The translations under genes were made by a program, and so were the position numbers. DNA of 63,706 bases, filler included, from Rhabdomonas costata (Eukaryota): NCBI GenBank assembly GCA_019059605.1. It is 49 parts of 49 records of this genome, joined end to end, with 100 filler letters (N's around TTAATTAATTAA, not from the genome) between each part and the next. Parts side by side here need not be neighbours in the genome. Positions count along the whole stretch, not along the records: positions 61,201 to 62,404 come from JAHMHO010023803.1; positions 62,505 to 63,706 come from JAHMHO010023804.1; 47 more parts are not named here. One strand, 5' to 3'. The notes under the pieces were generated by a model, which saw only the letters and a list, made by a program, of their open reading frames with translations, did not search any database and was not told the origin of the DNA. This document shows positions 61,510-63,706 of this stretch, piece by piece (the stretch's first letter is position 1; each line of letters starts with the position of its first letter).

Positions 61510-62008
61510 ATACTGAGAGCTGCTGTCAAGAGGATCAGCAGTGGTGTACATGGTGCACACAGCGGCCTCCACGATATCCCGCACGGGCTGATCCCTGTGC
61601 AAAAAAATCGATAGCACAGTGGACGATATGGGCATGTACGCCATTGCCATATCGCACGAAATACCTGTATCAAGCACCTGCTCGATTTGAAGTGCTTCAA
61701 ACAGAGTATGTGGCATCAAAAAGCGGTCCACAGAAAGATGTAGTCATAAAAAGAGATGTAGTCATAAATAACACACCAACACCAAAACCACCAAAACCAC
61801 CGCTGACGAATCAGCGAGTGTATGACGTTCTACCCGAACTTAAAGTCCTTAAAGCAACTGAAGACGCAATCAGCGAGGATGGCATCGTCAAATACCTGCA
61901 GTGGCTCATGTGACAAAGCTCGGCGCGGCAGGAGTCTACGATGGCCTTTGAGACGTCAAGGTAGGTCCGACCTTCCTTGCGGTCGACCCGAAGCACCTGA
62001 ACTGGGAA
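61510..62008 (-). pseudogene. Divergent eIF2-alpha-like sequence (end of the S1 domain, possibly later domains), frame-disrupted
   Basis: cacag|FPVQVLRVDRKEGRTYLDVSKAIVDSCRAELC resembles eIF2-alpha VxVxRVDKEKGYIDLSKRRV...C. The downstream out-of-frame segment VLSIFLHRDQPVRDIVEAAV is only weakly similar. Confidence 0.5.
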
Positions 62009-62322
62009 CTGTGAGCACAAACCAAGGTGCACGGAAACGCTGTGGAGGGGTTTCCAATTGCCAACATCACAAATTGATTCAAAGTTGAAAATGAACCCAC
62101 TCAGCTTTCAGTTCGGTTGGATTACAGCCGTTGGTTGATTACAGTCGCTTTTCGATCTACTGAATGCAATGCAGCCGAAAAACGAAAAAACATCTATGGC
62201 ACTGGATCAATATCGTATAGTTAGGAATGTCGTCCCAGCCTGCCTCACATCGCACACTGAGTTAGGTGTAAAGGGTAAATATTGATACGGATATTTCAGG
62301 CACCGAAGTCGGCACACACATA

Positions 62323-62397
62323 CACACGCACACGCACGCGCACACGCACACGCACACGCACACGCACACGCACACGCACACGCACACGCACACGCAC
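62323..62397. repeat. (CACGCA)n hexamer microsatellite
   Basis: About 12 near-perfect copies. Confidence 0.95.
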
Positions 62398-62513
62398 CCC
62401 CACCNNNNNNNNNNNNNNNNNNNNNNNNNNNNNNNNNNNNNNNNNNNNTTAATTAATTAANNNNNNNNNNNNNNNNNNNNNNNNNNNNNNNNNNNNNNNN
62501 NNNNGGGTGCTAT

Positions 62514-63602
62514 GTGCTCAGCGCCAGCCCCAATGCCCCCGCCATCCTCAGCACTACCCAGGCCTTCTCTGTGCAAGTGCTGAGCCCTACGACCATTCTA
62601 CAGCCCTCATTGCAGCTCACCAGCACGGGCAGCGCACTGCCGCGGTACGCCTTCAGCACGGTGTTGGAGCTTTGGGTAAGTGTGCGGGGCCAGCCCTCTC
62701 TGGGGACGTTCCGGGCTACGCTTCAGCTCAGTGGAAACGTCACCAACCCAGCGTACATCACGGCGACGGCGTTTGCGTTGAGTGCGCTGGAATGGGGCAG
62801 CCCGACGGGCAGCCTTGGGGACGCCCAGCTCAATGTGCCGGCGCTTGGGGTTGGGGACTGGATGATTGTGGGGATTCCGCTTCCCGCTGGGCTTTTGGCG
62901 GCCTCTGGGGACGCCAACCTCACCGTGAGCACCACGGGGCAGACGATCGCGCTTGTGAAGGCCAACGTGATCACTGCCCCTGCGGCCTTTCGGCTTCGGC
63001 TGCTGAGCAGCGCGGAGCTGGGGTCGCTTGGAGTTCAGTTTGGGTTCGCGTTCATCCCCGCCGCTCTGCTGCTCAGTGGTCCGATGACCGTCACGGTGCA
63101 CGTCACGCCTGCCTTGGCATGGGCCAGTGGGCGCCGCCCTGGGCACCCCAACTCTTCACGCCGCCATGTTGTGCTCTCCCCGCAGTCCGAGGGTACGGTG
63201 GTTCAGCTGCGCGATGGCAGCTACCAGGTCGCGATGCAGATCGTTGTGACGACGGAGGGCTCCGTGTTCAGCAGTGCAGCGGCGAGCCCCAGCTCCCCCT
63301 CCTCCCCTTCCTCCACCACGACGACCACGTCCTCGCGGTCCTCGTCCACGTCCTCGTGGGTGGTACCCTTGGCGGCCTCCCTAGGAGCGGTTGCGGGGCT
63401 TGCCCTTATCGCCGCGGGAATCTGGCTTGTGGTTCGCCATGGGCGAGGTGGACAGCGAGGTCACTACCGACCAGGCAGCGCGTGCTCGACGACCCCGCCA
63501 GCCGAGGCTCCGTCCTTTCCTGGTGTTCCCTTCCCAAAGGCTGTGGCTGTGCCTGTCCGGTCCGAATCTCATCCCCAGGGTGTGGAGAGAACGACGGTTT
63601 AA
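62514..63602 (+). CDS. Terminal exon of a type I membrane protein (beta-rich ectodomain, Ser/Thr stalk, TM, short tail)
   Basis: 362-codon open frame. An SSPSSPSSTTTTTSS stalk is followed by WVVPLAASLGAVAGLALIAAGIWLVV and a basic stop-transfer sequence. Confidence 0.75.
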   Translation: MLSASPNAPAILSTTQAFSVQVLSPTTILQPSLQLTSTGSALPRYAFSTVLELWVSVRGQPSLGTFRATLQLSGNVTNPAYITATAFALSALEWGSPTGSLGDAQLNVPALGVGDWMIVGIPLPAGLLAASGDANLTVSTTGQTIALVKANVITAPAAFRLRLLSSAELGSLGVQFGFAFIPAALLLSGPMTVTVHVTPALAWASGRRPGHPNSSRRHVVLSPQSEGTVVQLRDGSYQVAMQIVVTTEGSVFSSAAASPSSPSSPSSTTTTTSSRSSSTSSWVVPLAASLGAVAGLALIAAGIWLVVRHGRGGQRGHYRPGSACSTTPPAEAPSFPGVPFPKAVAVPVRSESHPQGVERTTV

Positions 63603-63706
63603 GTTGAAGAAGGAGATGGTGGGGCCCCAGCTTAACTGTTGTCGTGCAAGACTTGCCCCCCCCCCCCGCATCCAATCGAAGAACGAAGGAAGTTTGCTCA
63701 TCCATT

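Noticed and set aside
61455-61913. 152-aa plus-strand ORF from the ORF track
   Set aside because: No recognisable motif. It is antisense to the eIF2-alpha-like segment and crosses a low-complexity run.
62507-63607. 366-aa alternative-frame ORF overlapping the membrane protein
   Set aside because: Shadow frame of GC-rich coding DNA. The 62514 frame has the coherent stalk-TM-tail architecture.
1-63706. Euglenid nonconventional introns, tRNA, rRNA, snRNA
   Set aside because: Every intron I could reconstruct at both ends is GT-AG. I recognised no convincing structural RNA by eye, so a covariance-model scan would be needed to exclude them.

Overview
This is not a contiguous locus. It is 49 unrelated contigs of about 1.2 kb (roughly 1,195-1,204 nt) joined by an artificial 100-nt linker (N44-TTAATTAATTAA-N44), so no synteny can be read across linkers. 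Contig ends carry G/T-only (or A/C-only) tails, a recurrent 17-mer GTGGTGGGTGTGTTTGG and fold-back hairpins, which point to whole-genome amplification of a few cells. The DNA is from an intron-rich eukaryote with short GC-rich exons and GT-AG introns of about 280-650 nt. A euglenozoan such as a euglenid is my best guess (rquA, TTAGGG-like repeats, CRE-like retroelement, Cache and Ig-like surface proteins), but this is inference. Recognisable exon fragments are: rquA with a mitochondrial-type presequence, ornithine decarboxylase, DEAD-box helicase, actin-like protein, alpha-kinase, Ser/Thr kinase, TEL2, VPS13-like, TauE, MFSD5-like, PX, sushi, Cys-rich repeat surface protein, hnRNP-Q-type domain, Cache-like receptor domains, and possible pLGIC, PKD1-like and BK-channel pieces. 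There is also a divergent eIF2-alpha-like sequence. Mobile DNA comprises a truncated Merlin transposase running into a telomere-like array, a rearranged CRE-like reverse transcriptase, and a decayed gag zinc knuckle. All family assignments are by eye from remembered motifs, with no database searches. I found no rRNA, tRNA or CRISPR array and cannot claim a clearly new multi-gene system.
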